A stretch of 64,000 nucleotides of DNA from NCBI RefSeq assembly GCF_018977255.1, contig NW_024704765.1, forward strand, positions 4,402,001 to 4,466,000. Direction: 5' to 3'. The notes under the pieces were generated by a model. It had not been told where the DNA came from. It did no database searches and saw nothing but the letters and a program-made list of their open reading frames with translations. The DNA is from Callorhinchus milii. Lineage: Eukaryota. This document shows, piece by piece, positions 35,301 to 64,000 of this stretch (position 1 is the stretch's first letter; the number at the start of each line of letters is the position of its first letter). The translations under genes were made by a program, and so were the position numbers.

Positions 35301-38300
35301 CCCCCCACCCCCACCCCCAGCAGCCACTCCCCAACCCCCTCGCTCCCCCCCCTCCCCCAACCCCCTCACTCAATCCCCATCTTGCAGCCGTTCTGCACAC
35401 TCCCCGCACCCCCACTCGCTCCCACTCCCCCCCCTCTCTCCCTCTCTCATTCCCCCCCTCACTCCCTCCTCACAATCACTACCCCCGCGCTCCTACTCCC
35501 CCTCTCTTCCCCCCACCTTAAGCTCACTTCCCACTTGCTCTCATTCCCCCACTCCCTTCACTCTCGCTCTCACACTCACTATCCTTCACTCTGCACCCCA
35601 CCCCCCTGCCCCCCCCAACCCCACCAGCCCCCATGTACCAGCACAGCCTGGTCCAGCTTCTCACAGCCCTGAACGTATGCTGTCTCGATGTCGATGCAAT
35701 GGGCCCGGCTCTCTCTGCCATTCAGAGGAAAGAACACAACAAGTCACAGCTCAGCGTAACATCTCCCCTTCTCTCCACATAACGCCCCCCCGCCCCTCAC
35801 CTCTAGTGCAATTCCCCCCCCCCGACAACAACAACATGCATTTATATAGTGCCCTTCACGCAGGGTAATATAATAAAAAATATATAATCCTTGCATTTGA
35901 TATAGCGCCTTATCATATCTTCGAGACGTCTCAAAGCACTTCACAGAATAGAATATAAAGTGAATTGACCGTATATTTGTGGGCGAAACGCGGCAGCCAA
36001 TTGCGCACAGCAGCGTCCCAAGAACAGCCGTGGATTGAAGTGACCAATTTTTTTTATTATCAGGCGTGTGGAGTAAGGAAACTTGCCCAAGTTTTCGTCC
36101 TGCCGGGAATCGAACCCAAGTCTCTCACGAGGTGAGTGTTCTAACCACTGAGCTACAGGATTCTGTAGCGTCTCATTCCCCCAGCGCTTAAACACACACA
36201 CACACTCACACTTGCATGTCGCGGAAGCACTTGATGCAGAGCATGGATTTCTTCTCCGTGGAGAACATGATGTACGGCTCCTCGTGGAGAGCTGACGAGA
36301 CACAACAACACGTCACCCTCTCATCTCAGCACAGACGCTGACATGTCACCCCCACAGCACAGAAGCGACAGGGAGCTCGGGGAGGGGTGGGGGGGGGGGG
36401 GGGTGTTGGTGGGGGGGAGAGCAATCGCCGGCACAGATACAATGGGGGAGAGAGCAGGGAATGGGATTAGAGTTGAGAGTTCCAGTGGGGGAGCGACCAG
36501 AATAGACCCGATGGGGTGAGAGCAAATGTAATTTGTTGTTGTTACCACATGCGGGTGGGGGTGGGTGGTGGGTGGGTGTGTGCGCGTCCTCTCTCACCGC
36601 ATTTCTTGTGAAGCTCCTTGGCGCGCTTGGCGAGTGTCACGATCTCATGGCAGGCGAACATCTTGGCTTGGTGCGTCTGATCACGGCAGTTGGCACAGAG
36701 TGGCTGAGCACAGGTATTGCAGAAATACATTGAGATGGCGTCCTGTGAGAGGCACAAACACACAGTCACAGCTCTGCACCCCGTGTCCAGAAAAACAATA
36801 ATAATCCTTGCATTTGATATAGGGCCTTATCACGTGAGACATCTCAAAGCGCTTCACGGAATATACTCTAAAGTGGATTGATTGACTGTATTTGTGGGCG
36901 AAACACGGCAGCTAATTGCGCACCGCAACATCCCACAAACAGTCGTGGATTGAGTGAGCCAACCTTTTTTTGAGGGAATATTACCCCCGCGGAAAAGCGA
37001 TCTGCCAATCGACTAACAACCGGGTTCCTACTTACTGTTGGGTAAACAGAGGCGTGTGTGCGGATTAAGGAAACTTGCCTAAGGTTTCGCCCCAATCAAA
37101 CCTGGGGTCTCTCGCTAGCGAGGTGAGCGCGCTAACCACTAAAGCTACTGCACTCCACAAATCTTCAACTGCGAACCCGTAGTGATCAGAAGAAGAGAAC
37201 TGAGATCATTCCACCCCAACACCTTGCAGCCATTGCCTAGGGGCAAGAGGCTGAGATCAATGACTCAGCCCAGAATGTGTGTGTGTGGGGGGTGGGGGAG
37301 GGATCAAGCTCAAAGAACCTTCCCCCATCTCTAACCCATTTCTCACCTGAGAGAGGGCATCTCCGCCAATGCTGCGGTGCCCACCCCCCAAAAGCTCCCA
37401 TGTGCGAACGTTAGCCTGGCCCCCAACACAGAAAGCCTCCGGGTTGACTCTCGCCTCCCCCCGCCCCGCCCCCCCCAACCCTCCTCGAGGGAAGAGGAAG
37501 GGTCTCTGACCTGTGTGCGACATTCCAGATCACAGTTGGCGCACTGTGTGACTTCCTCGCTATCGGCACAGCTGTCCACCAGGAACTTGAGGAGCTGGTC
37601 CACCCGCGGGAGCCCGTTGTTCCCCTTCACAACCGTCAGCTGCCTGCGGACACCATCAGCACGGTGACATCCATTGTTCCCTGCCTTCCCCCTCTCCCTC
37701 CTCTACCCCTCAGCGTCCCCACTCCCCCCTCCTTGCCTCTCCATCCTCCCCCCACCCCACCAACTCCCCCTCCACTCCACTCCTGCACCCACCCCACTCC
37801 CACTCACCCCCTCCCTGTCCCCCCTCCTCCCTGTCCCCCACTACGCGACGAGGTTCTCACATGGAGTCTGCGGTTTCAGCCAAATGCATCCTCGCTCCTT
37901 ACGGTCGACCTGGGATTGTCCTGGGTTTGTGCTCACACTGAGCCGAGGGGCTGACACTGAGTGAGACCCTCACACTGAGGCTACTCGGCCTCTGGGATGA
38001 ATCCCATGTGTCAAACACCCTGTCACCAGCCCAGGGGTGTTGGGGGTGGCGGGTGGGGGAAGGTGGTGGGTAGAGGCTATTACTGTCACTCTCTCTTCCC
38101 TTATCTCGGCCCCCCACTCTCTCTTTTTGCTCCTGTCTCTCTCCCCTTCTCTCTCTTTCTTTCTATGCCCCCGCCTCTGTCTCTCCCTTTCTCTCTCTCT
38201 GCCCCCGTCTCTCTTCCCTTCTCTTTCTATCCCCCTTCTCTCTCTCCTCTCTCACTTTCTGCCTGTCTTTCTCTCTCTCTGCCCCTGTCACTTTCTCTCT

Positions 38301-41043
38301 CTCTCTGCCCTTTCTCTCTGTCTCTCTCTATCTGCCTCTGTCGCTGTCTCTTGTTCTGCCCCTATCTCTCTCCTTCTTTCTGTCTCTCTCCCCCTTCTCT
38401 CTCTTACTGCCCCTGTCACTTCTTTCTCTCTTTCTGCCCCCACTTTCTCCCTCTCTCTTTCTTTCTCTCTCTCTCTCTCTCTCTCTCTTGCAGGATCCTA
38501 TTGCGAGGGGAATGTTGGTGTCCTGTTCCAGCACCATCCCTTTTCACATTGTCAAACAATCTAAAATTATACCTTTAATAACAGATCAAATCTCCCTGAG
38601 ATTCCCTGGGGTGAGGGGGGGGGGGGGCGGTGGGGGGTGGGGGGCGCAATCCCGAGTCCAGCCCAGAGCCAGGCTATCACCGTGCTCCCCTGTTCGGTAA
38701 ACCGAGGCGTGTAGTTACCACCACCCTCTGGAACTTTGCCTCCTCATTTGTCTCCTGACGTGAAATGTAAAGCACTATACAAATTTAGTTTTGTATTGTA
38801 TTGTAAAGGCATTGTGTAAATGTAATTTGTTGATGTTGTGGAGGAAGGAAACTTGCCTAAGGTTTTGACCAGCCCTTGGTGGAATCAAATCCAGGTCCTC
38901 TCTTTTGCGAGGTGAGTGGTCTAACCACAACAGCCTTTTTTGTGGAAGTGCCAGGATTTAATGTCAGGTATATTAATATCAGGTCCAAAATACAGAATTT
39001 AATCAAACAGAGTAAAGAAAGTATAGAGGAGAACTAAAAAAGGAAATAAGAGGGGCAAAGAGATTGTATGAAAAAAGATTAGTCGTAACATAAAAGGGAA
39101 CCCTAAAGTATTTTATAAGCATATAAAGAATAAAAGGTTAGTCAAAGGTAGGGTGGGGCCGATTTGGGACCAAAGAGGAAATTTTCTTGTGGAGGCAGAG
39201 GGCACGGCTGACGTACTGAATGAGTACTTTGCATCTGTCTTCACAAAAGTAGAGGATGCAGCTAATGCCACAGTATCGCAGGAGATTGTAGAGAAATTGG
39301 AAAGGATAAGAATAAACAGAGAGGAGGTAATAAAAAGCTTGACGGTGCTCAAGGTAGATAAGTCACCTGGTCCGGACCAGATGCATCCTAGGTTACTGAG
39401 GGAAGTAAAGGTGGAAATAGCAGAGACTTTGGTCACAATCTTTCAATCCTCCTTGGATTCTGAAGTGGTGCCAGAGGACTGGAGAGTTGCAAATGTCATT
39501 CCCCTGTACAAAAAGGAGCAGAAGGATAAACCCGGGAACTATAGGTCAGTCAGCCCAACTTGGGGAAACTTCTAGAGATGATAATCCGGAACAAACTAAA
39601 TTTTCACTAAGAAAAATATGGTTGAATAAAGGACAGCCAAGATTTGTTAAAGGCAAATCATGTCTAACAAGAGTTTTTTGATGAAGTAACGGAGAGGGTG
39701 GATGAAGGTAGTGCAGTTGATGTAGTACATATGGATTTTCAAAAGGTTTTTGATTAAGGGCAACATAACACACTTGTTAGAAAAATTGAACCCCACAGTG
39801 TTAAAGGAATAATGGTGGCACGGATACAAAACTGGCTGGGGGACAGAAAATAGAGAGTAGTGGTGAACAGTTGTTTCTCTGACTGGAGGGTAGTATATAG
39901 TGGTGTCCACCAGGGTTGGGTATTTATAAATGACCTGGTCCTGGGTATAGGGAGCACAAATTTCAATTTCACAATTTGCAGATGACACAAAGCCAGAAAA
40001 AGTAGTAAACGGTGAGCAGGATAGTAGCAGCCTGCAAAAGGACATAGACAGATTGGTGAAATGGGCAGACACGTGGCAGATGAAATTTAACGAAGTGATG
40101 TATTTTGGGTGGAAGAATGAGACGAGGCAATATAAGCTGATGGTACAATCTTAAAGTGGGTGCAGGAAAAGAGAGACCTGGGGGTCCACATAAGCAAATC
40201 TTTGTAGATAAAGCTGTTAAAAATCATATGGGATACTTGGTTTTATAAATAGGGACATAGAATACAAAAGTAAGGAGGTTATGATGAACCTTTATAAACA
40301 CTGGTTAGGCCTCAACTAGAGGCTGTGTTCAGTTCTGGGCCCCACACTTTAGAAAGGATGTCAAGGCATTGGAGAGGGCGCAAAGGAGATTTACCAGGAT
40401 GGTACCAGGAATGAGGGCCTTCAGTTATGAGGAGATGCGAGAGAAGCTGGGATTATTCTCCTTGGATCGGAGAAGGTTAAGGGGAGATTTAATAGGGGTG
40501 TTCAAAATTATGAGGGGATTCAATAGGGTGAACAGGGAGAAAGTGTTTCCACTGGCGGGCGGGTTGGTAACCCGAGGACACCGATTTAAAATAGTTGTCA
40601 AAAGAACCAGAAAGGGAGGTGAGGAGAAACTTTTTCACACAGCTGATCTGATCTGGAATGCATCGCCTGAAAGGGTGGTGGAAGCTGATTCGACAACGAC
40701 TTTCAAGAGAGAAGTAGATAGATATTTGGGGAGAGAGCGGGGGAGTGAGATTAATTTGGATAGCTCTTTCAAAGAGCCGGCATGGACACAATGGGCCGAA
40801 TGGCCTCCTTCTGCGCTGTATAATTCTATGATTCTATGATTTGGTTTCTTACCCACAGAGCGGGCAGGAGAGGCGTCCATCAGAGGCCCTGCCCCTCAGG
40901 CAGTTGGCACAGAAGGTGTGGTGGCAGTCCAGTAGGCAGGGATGCTCATACTGCTGGTAGCAGAGGTGGCAAACTAACGGGTGAGCGTTGGCATTGTCCA
41001 GGTCACACAGGCTTTCCAGCGGAGAGAAGATACCTCCCGACAT
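29367..41043 (-). CDS. RNF207: RING finger protein 207 (RING, B-box, coiled coil; ~647 aa)
   Basis: Coding exons 41043-40853, 37643-37511, 36742-36598, 36291-36210, 35714-35639, 35259-35134, 34978-34932, 34798-34726, 34428-34360, 34069-34001, 33568-33444, 31818-31629, 31347-31162, 30646-30595, 30314-30197, 29768-29685 and 29544-29367. All GT/AG and frame-consistent (1944 nt). [28 protein letters not shown] and [13 protein letters not shown] match RNF207. Last exon less certain. Confidence 0.93.
33805..33922. repeat. 16-bp minisatellite (ATGGCTGAGAGTGGGC)n
   Basis: About 7 tandem units in an RNF207 intron. Confidence 0.9.
35870..36166 (-). mobile_element. tRNA-derived SINE, same family (internal deletion)
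   Basis: Head TGTAGCTCAGTGGTTAGAACACTC..GGTTCGATTCC and family tail. Confidence 0.8.
36798..37160 (-). mobile_element. tRNA-derived SINE, same family
   Basis: Near full-length match to 8043-8420. Confidence 0.8.
38085..38490. repeat. (CT)n-rich low-complexity tract
   Basis: Pyrimidine-rich degenerate CT repeat. Confidence 0.85.
38940..40840 (+). mobile_element. 5'-truncated, degenerate CR1 LINE (ORF2 reverse transcriptase region + 3' end)
   Basis: Peptides [52 protein letters not shown] and [13 protein letters not shown]. Ends in the (ATTCTATG)n terminal repeat typical of CR1. Confidence 0.92.
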
Positions 41044-42803
41044 CTACAGGGCGAAACGGCGGAGCCTGAAATAGTCAATGTCCCACCCGACCAGGTAATG
41101 GACACCCAGCCCCCTCCCACTACACACATCACCCCCCCTCCCCCCACACACACCCCTCTCCACACACACATACCCTCCCCACACACACACCCCTCCCCAC
41201 ACACCCCTCCCCACACACACACACCCATCCCTCCCCACACACAACCATCCCTTCCCACACGCGCACCCTCCCCACACACACACACCCCCCTCTCCACACA
41301 CACACCCCCTCCCCACACACACATACCCTCCCCACATACCCCTCACTCCACTCGACACACACTTCACTCGGCTCCCCATGCACACACCCCTTCCCACACA
41401 CATCATCCCTCCCATCTTGTGACTTCAACATCCCCACAAAATCCTGATAATGATCATATACATAAACCCAATCGCACAATAACAAGGTGCGCTTTCTGTG
41501 GATGTTTTAACACTGAATATCATTTCTGAGATGTAACAGCGGAACTTTGGTTTGGCTCACAGGACCTCCAATACTTTGGGAAATAGTTTGCATCAAACAC
41601 GTGTTCCGTGAAGATCCAAGGCCGTTATTTCAACTCCTGCCAGAAGCACTTGTAAGAGAAACTTTGCAATATTTTGTCCTCTGGTCTGCGGTGAATACCA
41701 AGGAGTATGACTTCTCTCTCAACAGCCAAGCAGAGGCTGGAGTTTGCTATTCCCTGTCAAACGTAGAGCTTTCTAACTGAATAAAGAACCTCAACTGTAT
41801 GAGCGGAAAGGCAGTCTCTGTAATAATAACACGAGGAGCTGGAGAGTGTATCTGGGAGCCTGACTCCTGTTCCTTACCTTGTTTTTGTCTCTCTCTCTGC
41901 TCTCGAACTGGAATGAAAGAAATCTTGGGTCTCTGTTCAAGAGCAGCTGCCTGTTGACGTCAGGACTTTGGTGAACTTGTGTCCTTCAGCAGTCTAAACG
42001 AGAGAACAGCTCAAAGCATGTAACGGGGGAGGGAGGATGGGCTAGATTTCCTCTCTTTACTCCTGAATCTTCCTTTTTGCGCACAGTTAATTCACCGATT
42101 AAAATATCAAAATCCTTTTTTAAAAAAACTGTAACAAGAGACCATTGAGTTCTGCTCACAAAACATAGTCAATCCACTTTACACTATATTCTGTGAAGCA
42201 CTTTGAGACATCTCAATCACGTGATCAGGCACTATATCACTTTAGTGAATTAAATGCAAGGATTGCTATTATTATCATTGAGTTCAGGGACTGTTTTATG
42301 CAGATCGTTAGGTTTCCTGTTCACAGGACAGTGCAGTTTACGAAGAGTCATTTTATCTCCTGCACAGGATATTCCTTTGAAAGTGGAGCGTGATTCTGAT
42401 TTTAAACTCATGTCATGTTCTGTATGAGACGTTTAGATTAGGTTTCATCCCAGATCTGAGTTCAGCTCCAGGGCAATAACAAAGGATGGCTGCATTGTCG
42501 GGTGGCTTTCGGTTGAGCCTTAAACCGAGGTCCCGCCTGTTGCCTATTTAGGTGGCTGTGACATATTTAAACGAGAAGAGAGTTTCTCCCAGTTCAGATC
42601 TGGTTGAGATTCCATTCCCTCCATTGAAATTCGGCAAAGAATGAATGAATCAATCATTCATCTCATTGCTGTGTACGGGAGAGATGCTATTGCCACATTG
42701 GAGACTGTAATGCAAGTTACTCTGAAGTTTAGAGACTGTAACATCATCTGGCCGGCTTGGCGTCAAACTACGGCGTTCCGAGACACTATGTAAATTGTTG
42801 CTG

Positions 42804-43412
42804 TAATAATAATAATAATCCTTACATTTGATATAGCGCTTTTCACGTCGGGAGGATGTCCCAAAGCGCTTCACAGAACAAACTGCAAAGTGAATTGACT
42901 GTATATTTGTGGGCAAACGCGGCAGCGAATTGCGCACAGCAATGTCCCACAGACAGTCGTAGATTGAAAATGACCAATTTATTATTGTTTTTGGTTTTGG
43001 AGGGATTATTATTAGGCTCTGTGTGGAGTAAGGAAAGTATTATTAGGCGTGTGCTGTAATCTGGCGTCTAATCTCTTGCGAGAGGACCTGGATTTGATAC
43101 CCGGGCAGGGCGAAATGTTCGCCAAGTTTCCTTACTCCACACCCCCTCTGTTTACCCAGCAGTAAGGAGGAACCCGGTTAGTAGTCGATTGGCGGTTCAC
43201 TTCCCGGGGGTAACAATCCCTCCAAAAAAAAAATTAGTAATAATAATTTGGTCACTCAGTCCACGCCTGTTTGTCGTGCGCAATTGGCTGCTGCGTTTCG
43301 CCCACGAAATGCACAGTCACTACACTTTACAGTATATTCTGAGAAGCGCTTCGAGAGGTCTTGGGAGGCAATGATAATACCCCCATATCAAAGGATTATT
43401 TATTATTACTAT
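42804..43412. mobile_element. Two oppositely oriented SINE copies (42804-43057 '-', 43060-43412 '+')
   Basis: Family tails point outward at both ends. Confidence 0.75.
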
Positions 43413-43559
43413 TAGTGTCCCACTGACAATGAACGATGAGGATGGTTTCCACTGGATTTCGATGAGGGAAGAGGGTGAGGAGAGAGGGTGAATGTGTGTG
43501 TGTATGTGTTTAAATCCAGGCCGAGCAGTGGATGCCAGAGATCCTGGATGAGCAGCGCG

Positions 43560-43767
43560 GTCGGGGTTCAGTGCGCATGCGCAGGAACATCGGGCGCGGT
43601 TCAGCGCGGGGCAGCCGGGTTGCCGCAGTGCGCAGGCGCGTTACGAGCAGGCCGAGGGGATGGGGTTTGTGCGCAGGCGCGGAGAACAGGCCCCGGGGGG
43701 GGGCGGGTCTGGTGCGCACGCGCGGGGGAGTCGCTCTCTCTCTCTTTCTCCTCCATCTTGTGCGGAC
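43560..43767 (+). promoter_or_regulatory. RPL22 CpG-island promoter with NRF1-like sites and a 5'TOP pyrimidine tract
   Basis: TGCGCATGCGCA 43572-43583 plus three TGCGCA(G/C)GCGCG at 43629, 43670 and 43713. CTCTCTCTCTTTCTCCTCC lies just before the ATG. Confidence 0.75.
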
Positions 43768-48493
<4,726 letters not shown>

Positions 48494-49924
48494 TCAGGGC
48501 GGCCTGGGGCTGATTGATTTGTACAAATAGTTCCAAATAAAATTGTTGAAAAAAAGTAAACAAACCCAGAGAATTGTTACGGTCTGACGCACTGACTGAA
48601 AGGGTGGTAGAAGCAGAGCTTTCAAAAGGGAATTGGATAGGTACTTTGGCTCCCAGCACCCAACCACAATAATAAGACCTTGAAACACCATCTTCCTCAG
48701 ACCTGTTGTCATTCACTTCCTGCTCCTCTTTCTTTCCTCAGACCTCCCCTGGTCCAGAGCTTTCAGACAGCTTTATGTTGTCACTCTGGATTCTTGATCT
48801 TTTGCCTCACATGTTCTCTGCCCGTCATTAAAACCCTCTGAGCTTTTCTGTCCATTGATCAATGCCCCCAACACCTCGCCCCCCCATCTCAGTGATCCCC
48901 ACAATCTTCGATCAGAGCCTCAACACAGTTATGCTGTGTGAACAACCACAGATTTCATTTATACAGTGCCTTTCATGTCAGGACGTTCCAAGGCGCTGGA
49001 CAGTCAAGGAGCCACACCAGAGCTGGTGGTTGGCATGAGGGGGTGGTGGGGGGTTAGGGTGACCGAAGGCATGGCTGAAGAGTATGGATCTTGAAGGAGG
49101 CAAGGGGTGGGATTATTATGAAAACAGCTGCCACATTTGCGCACAAAACCAGCTACTATAAAGTGCTCTGAGACGTGAAAGATGCGGGTGATTTACCTTC
49201 GGGTTTGGTTGTGTGTTGTGTTCATACGACCCCTTGACAAGGGCGCGGGTTTACTCAATGGACTTTTCAGTATCATCAGATGTACATGCGTCACTATGTC
49301 GTCCAATAAAGGGCCTCCAGGGGAAGCTGCTTGAAAGCTGCTCCCTCCTCAACAGTGCGCAATGGGACTTGGAAGGTGGGTTAACAACTGTAGTGAAAAA
49401 ATTTCCCTCGTTTCCTTTGTTGTTTGTTCAGACTTGCCAACTGATCACTGGGAGGAGGTGGAAGGGTGGCAGCTTGTACTTCCAACAATATGGCTCCTGT
49501 TCACAGCTATTTGCACGGCTGCAGATATGAGATTATCCCTACCCCCCCGAAGGCTGTGCGTGGGCGGAGAGGAGATGCCTGGCATCATCCATCGCGTGTG
49601 CCCCCCACTGGGGGCAGCCTACAGCCCCAGCCCCTCTCCACCAGCCCCACACCCTGTGGGCTTGTCGGGCTGAATGAATGGCTGGCTCCCATTTCTATGA
49701 ATCGATTGCACCTACCCATTTCATATAACATTTAAGTTGTGTATCAAGTGTGGTCTTAGGCAAAATGCATCAGTCAATTTGAGCACAGCAGTGTCCCACA
49801 AACGGCTGTGAACAGTCCATTTCACCTGAAAGGTTATTTGATTGGACAGAGAACTGGGAGAAACTTTCCCTATTTTGCAATAGTGTTGTGGGATCCTAAC
49901 TTTTATCTGAACTGACAGAAACAC

Positions 49925-50656
49925 AGGACCCGGGTATCTTGTTTGACCCTGAACTGTCCTTTCTCCGCCACATCTGCACCATGACTGGCACCTCCTACCA
50001 CCACCTCTGCAACATTGCCAGACTCCGCCACTGCCTCAACCCTCAGGCTGCCAAAACCCTCACCCACGCATTCGTCACATCAAGGCTCGATTACGGATAA
50101 CTCCCTCCTCATCGGCCTTCCCAACTCTTCCCTTCACAAGCTGCAGATCATCGAAAACTCTGCAGCTCATGTACCCTCACGCACCAGGCTCCGTGACCCC
50201 ATCACTCCCACCCTCACACGACTCCACTGGCTCCCCATCCCCCAGAGGATCGAGCTCAAGATCCTCGTCCTCACCTTGATGGCCTTGCCCCCTCATACCT
50301 CTCTAACCTGCTGACTCCCTACCAACCTGCCCGCTCCCTCCGTTCAGCGGGCACTGGCCTGCTCCATGTCTCTCGCCCGACCTGCCCTACCATCGGTGGC
50401 CGGGCTTTCAGCCTATCTGCCCCCACACTCCGGAACTCCATCCTCTGTCCCTTCGCCTCGCTTCCTCCCTCGCCTCCTTCAAGGCCAATCTCAAGAACCT
50501 TCTCTTCGATCGTGCCTTTGGTCTCCCTCCCACCTCTCTACCTTCCTTCACCCGTACACCACCCCTCCCCCATGCTCAGGCCCCGACTGTTCAGCGCTTT
50601 GGGACGTCCTCCCGACGTGAAAGGCGCTCTATAAATGTAATTTTGTTGTTGTTGTT
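49925..50656 (+). mobile_element. L2-like LINE 3' fragment
   Basis: NSLLIGLPNSSLHKLQIIENSAA..ITPTLTRLHWLPIPQRIELKIL, tail GTGAAAGGCGCTCTATAAATG(TTG)n. Confidence 0.85.
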
Positions 50657-52254
50657 AATGTGTCATCCAATGGACAACACTTCCAACCATCCAGCTTTCT
50701 TTCCAAACTGCACAAGTCTCAGCCTGGACTGAGCCCTGAAGTCCCGTTCTGGAACTCGAACCCACAACCTTCTGACCCATTATAGTGGACGAAGCAACCG
50801 CACACCACACATTGTTGACCCACCACTCCTTCCCACCTGCTGGCAGAGGTATCTCTGCTGGTGATTCTGGATTCCGGAGTCTTGGGAGCGAGTACCTGAG
50901 CCTTGTGACACTCAGCACAGGTACTGCGCTTGTACTGTAGTCAGATTCCAGTTAAACGAATGAAGTTGATAAGGCTCTGGGTAGCAAGCCCACATGGACG
51001 TTTTGACGGCCCCCGAAACTTTCTGCCTGCCAGTCATTGTTCCTGTTCCACCTGAACTTTTCCTGCCTTTCCTTTCCCTCCCCACTCCCCCAAATCATCA
51101 CACTCTTCCCACTGCAGCGCATTCAGAGTCCATAGCACCGTCTCTTAATTCATTCTTTCCCAGCGTCTCAAGACAGACTCCTCCCAAGTCTTGACTCGCC
51201 CGCAAAATATACAGGCCGATTGATTTTACAGCATATTCTGCGAAGCGCTAGGAGGCGTCCTCGAAGATGTGATAAGGCGCTGGTTCAAATGCAAGGATCG
51301 TTACATTATTAACCGCTGCATTACCTGAGAGCACGCAGCCAATTCTCATTTGTGGCCCTTGACCTGTGCTTGTTGTGTTTGCACCGTGAGGAACATAGGC
51401 CTTGCCCAGAGTTCCCAATATTATACTGCACATTTTCTTTTAAAAAAAACTTACCGTAGTCTCACACCCCCTTCGAAACCTACCCCAGAAACACCGAACC
51501 CGCCTGCGATTGCAAAAACCAGGAACACGTTCCTTTAGAAACAAGAAGCGTACGTAATAATAATAACAATCCGGTCACTCGACCCGCGACTGTTTGCGGG
51601 ACACCGCTGCGTAAAAACCGGCTGCCGCATTTCGCCCACGGGATGCGCGGTCGACCCCGCTTCGCGGTCGGTTCCGCGAGGCGCTTTGAGACGTCCCTTT
51701 GACCGTGCCTTCGGCTCCCCTCTCGACTCTCTACCCCCTCCTCGCTCCCTCCCTCCCCACCCCTCACCCCTCACCCTGACCATTTCCCCCCCCCCCCCCC
51801 CAATGCTCGGGTCCCGACCCGACTGTCCAGCGCCTCGGGACGTCCTCCCGACGTGAAAGGCGCTCCACAAATGCCATCTTGTGGATGCCGTTGCCGTCGT
51901 CCCGGAAGAGGCGCGACAGGGGCGCCGCGGACCCCCCCCCACCCCACCCCACCCCGGGCGAGGATCACCATCGGCTTCGACGGGAGAGAGCGCCTCATTT
52001 TGCTGCTCTGACGCGACTCTGACGACCGATCTCTTTACGCGGATAAATATAAAAAGAAGATGAAAGAAAGTAGGGAATCGTCGGCGGATTGAACCCGAAA
52101 TATCGGGGGGTGGCGGGTGGCGGTGCGGTGTGTGTGTGTGGGGGGGGAGAGGAGAGGAGAGAGAGGACATTGCACCCCCCCCCCCCCTTCCTCTTCCTTT
52201 TGCACTCAACCTGGTTAACCACTAACCATAACTAGCAGGTTAAGGGCCATGATG

Positions 52255-52315
52255 GGATGCCCGTTACCCCGGCAACCAGGGCAGACGTCACAACTGGGCA
52301 TGTGCGCTCCCATTT
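52255..52315. promoter_or_regulatory. Candidate CHD5 promoter elements (RFX X-box, CRE-like)
   Basis: GTTACC-CC-GGCAAC 52263-52276 fits the RFX X-box pattern. AGACGTCA follows. About 600 bp upstream of the ATG in CpG-rich sequence. Confidence 0.5.
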
Positions 52316-52684
52316 TTCCTGCCTCCCTCCTTTTTTTTTCTCTCTCTCTCGGTGATTATTTCTGGGGAGGGATTTTGGGGGGGGAGGGGAGGGGGGGGGG
52401 AGGAGGGAGAGCACAGACAGACAGACAGACACACAGAGAGAGAGAGGGAGAGGAGAGAGAGGGAGAGAGAGAGAGGCAGAGGGCTTGGATTTGGTGAGGC
52501 CGCCATCTTCTCACCTCAATAAGCTGTCAAAACACCAGTCAGTGGTTTGGGCTTCACTGAGAGCTCTCTCACACACACACACACACACTGCCCCCACCCC
52601 CACCCCACACCCCCCTCACCCCACCCCCACTCTCCCTCCCTCCCTCCTTCCTTCCTTCTCTCTCTATATCTCTCTCTACTGATC

Positions 52685-52715
<31 letters not shown>

Positions 52716-52877
52716 TGCTCTCTCCCTCTGTCTCTATCTCAGCCTTTCTTTCCCTTCCCCCCTCCCTCCCTCCTCCCTTCTCTCTCCCCACCCCCTCTCT
52801 CTCTCTCTCTCACTCACTGTCTTTCTTTTCCTCCACCTCCCCCCCCCTCCCTCCACCCCCTCTCCACACACCCAGTG

Positions 52878-64000
<11,123 letters not shown>

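Noticed and set aside
50911-50931. REST/RE1-like motif upstream of CHD5
   Set aside because: Too many mismatches to the RE1 consensus.

Overview
Vertebrate genomic DNA with spliced genes. The SINE/L2/CR1 repeat set suggests a cartilaginous fish, possibly a holocephalan (inference). Gene order and relative orientation match human 1p36.31: HES cluster - ICMT(+) - RNF207(-) - RPL22(+) - CHD5(+, 5' part only). Where mammals have HES3, this window has a cluster of HES5-like bHLH-Orange-WRPW genes: one intact minus copy (2399-3850), a decayed pseudogene (7706-9320), and two near-identical copies arranged head-to-head as the arms of a ~4.4 kb palindrome (14261-18705), one of them with a 1-bp frameshift. 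There is also an orphan promoter relic (~12500) and an orphan stop/3'UTR relic (~18703). The copies are mosaics, which suggests repeated gene conversion. They carry CSL/RBPJ paired-site-like elements with conserved 16-bp spacing and candidate 3'UTR decay elements. Other points: a duplicated ICMT exon 4 across an N gap (probable assembly artefact), no visible counterpart of human CHD5 exon 3, a candidate spliced transcript divergent from ICMT, and a candidate internal RNF207 promoter. Exon boundaries were read by eye from GT/AG sites and recalled orthologue sequences; no searches or alignments were run.
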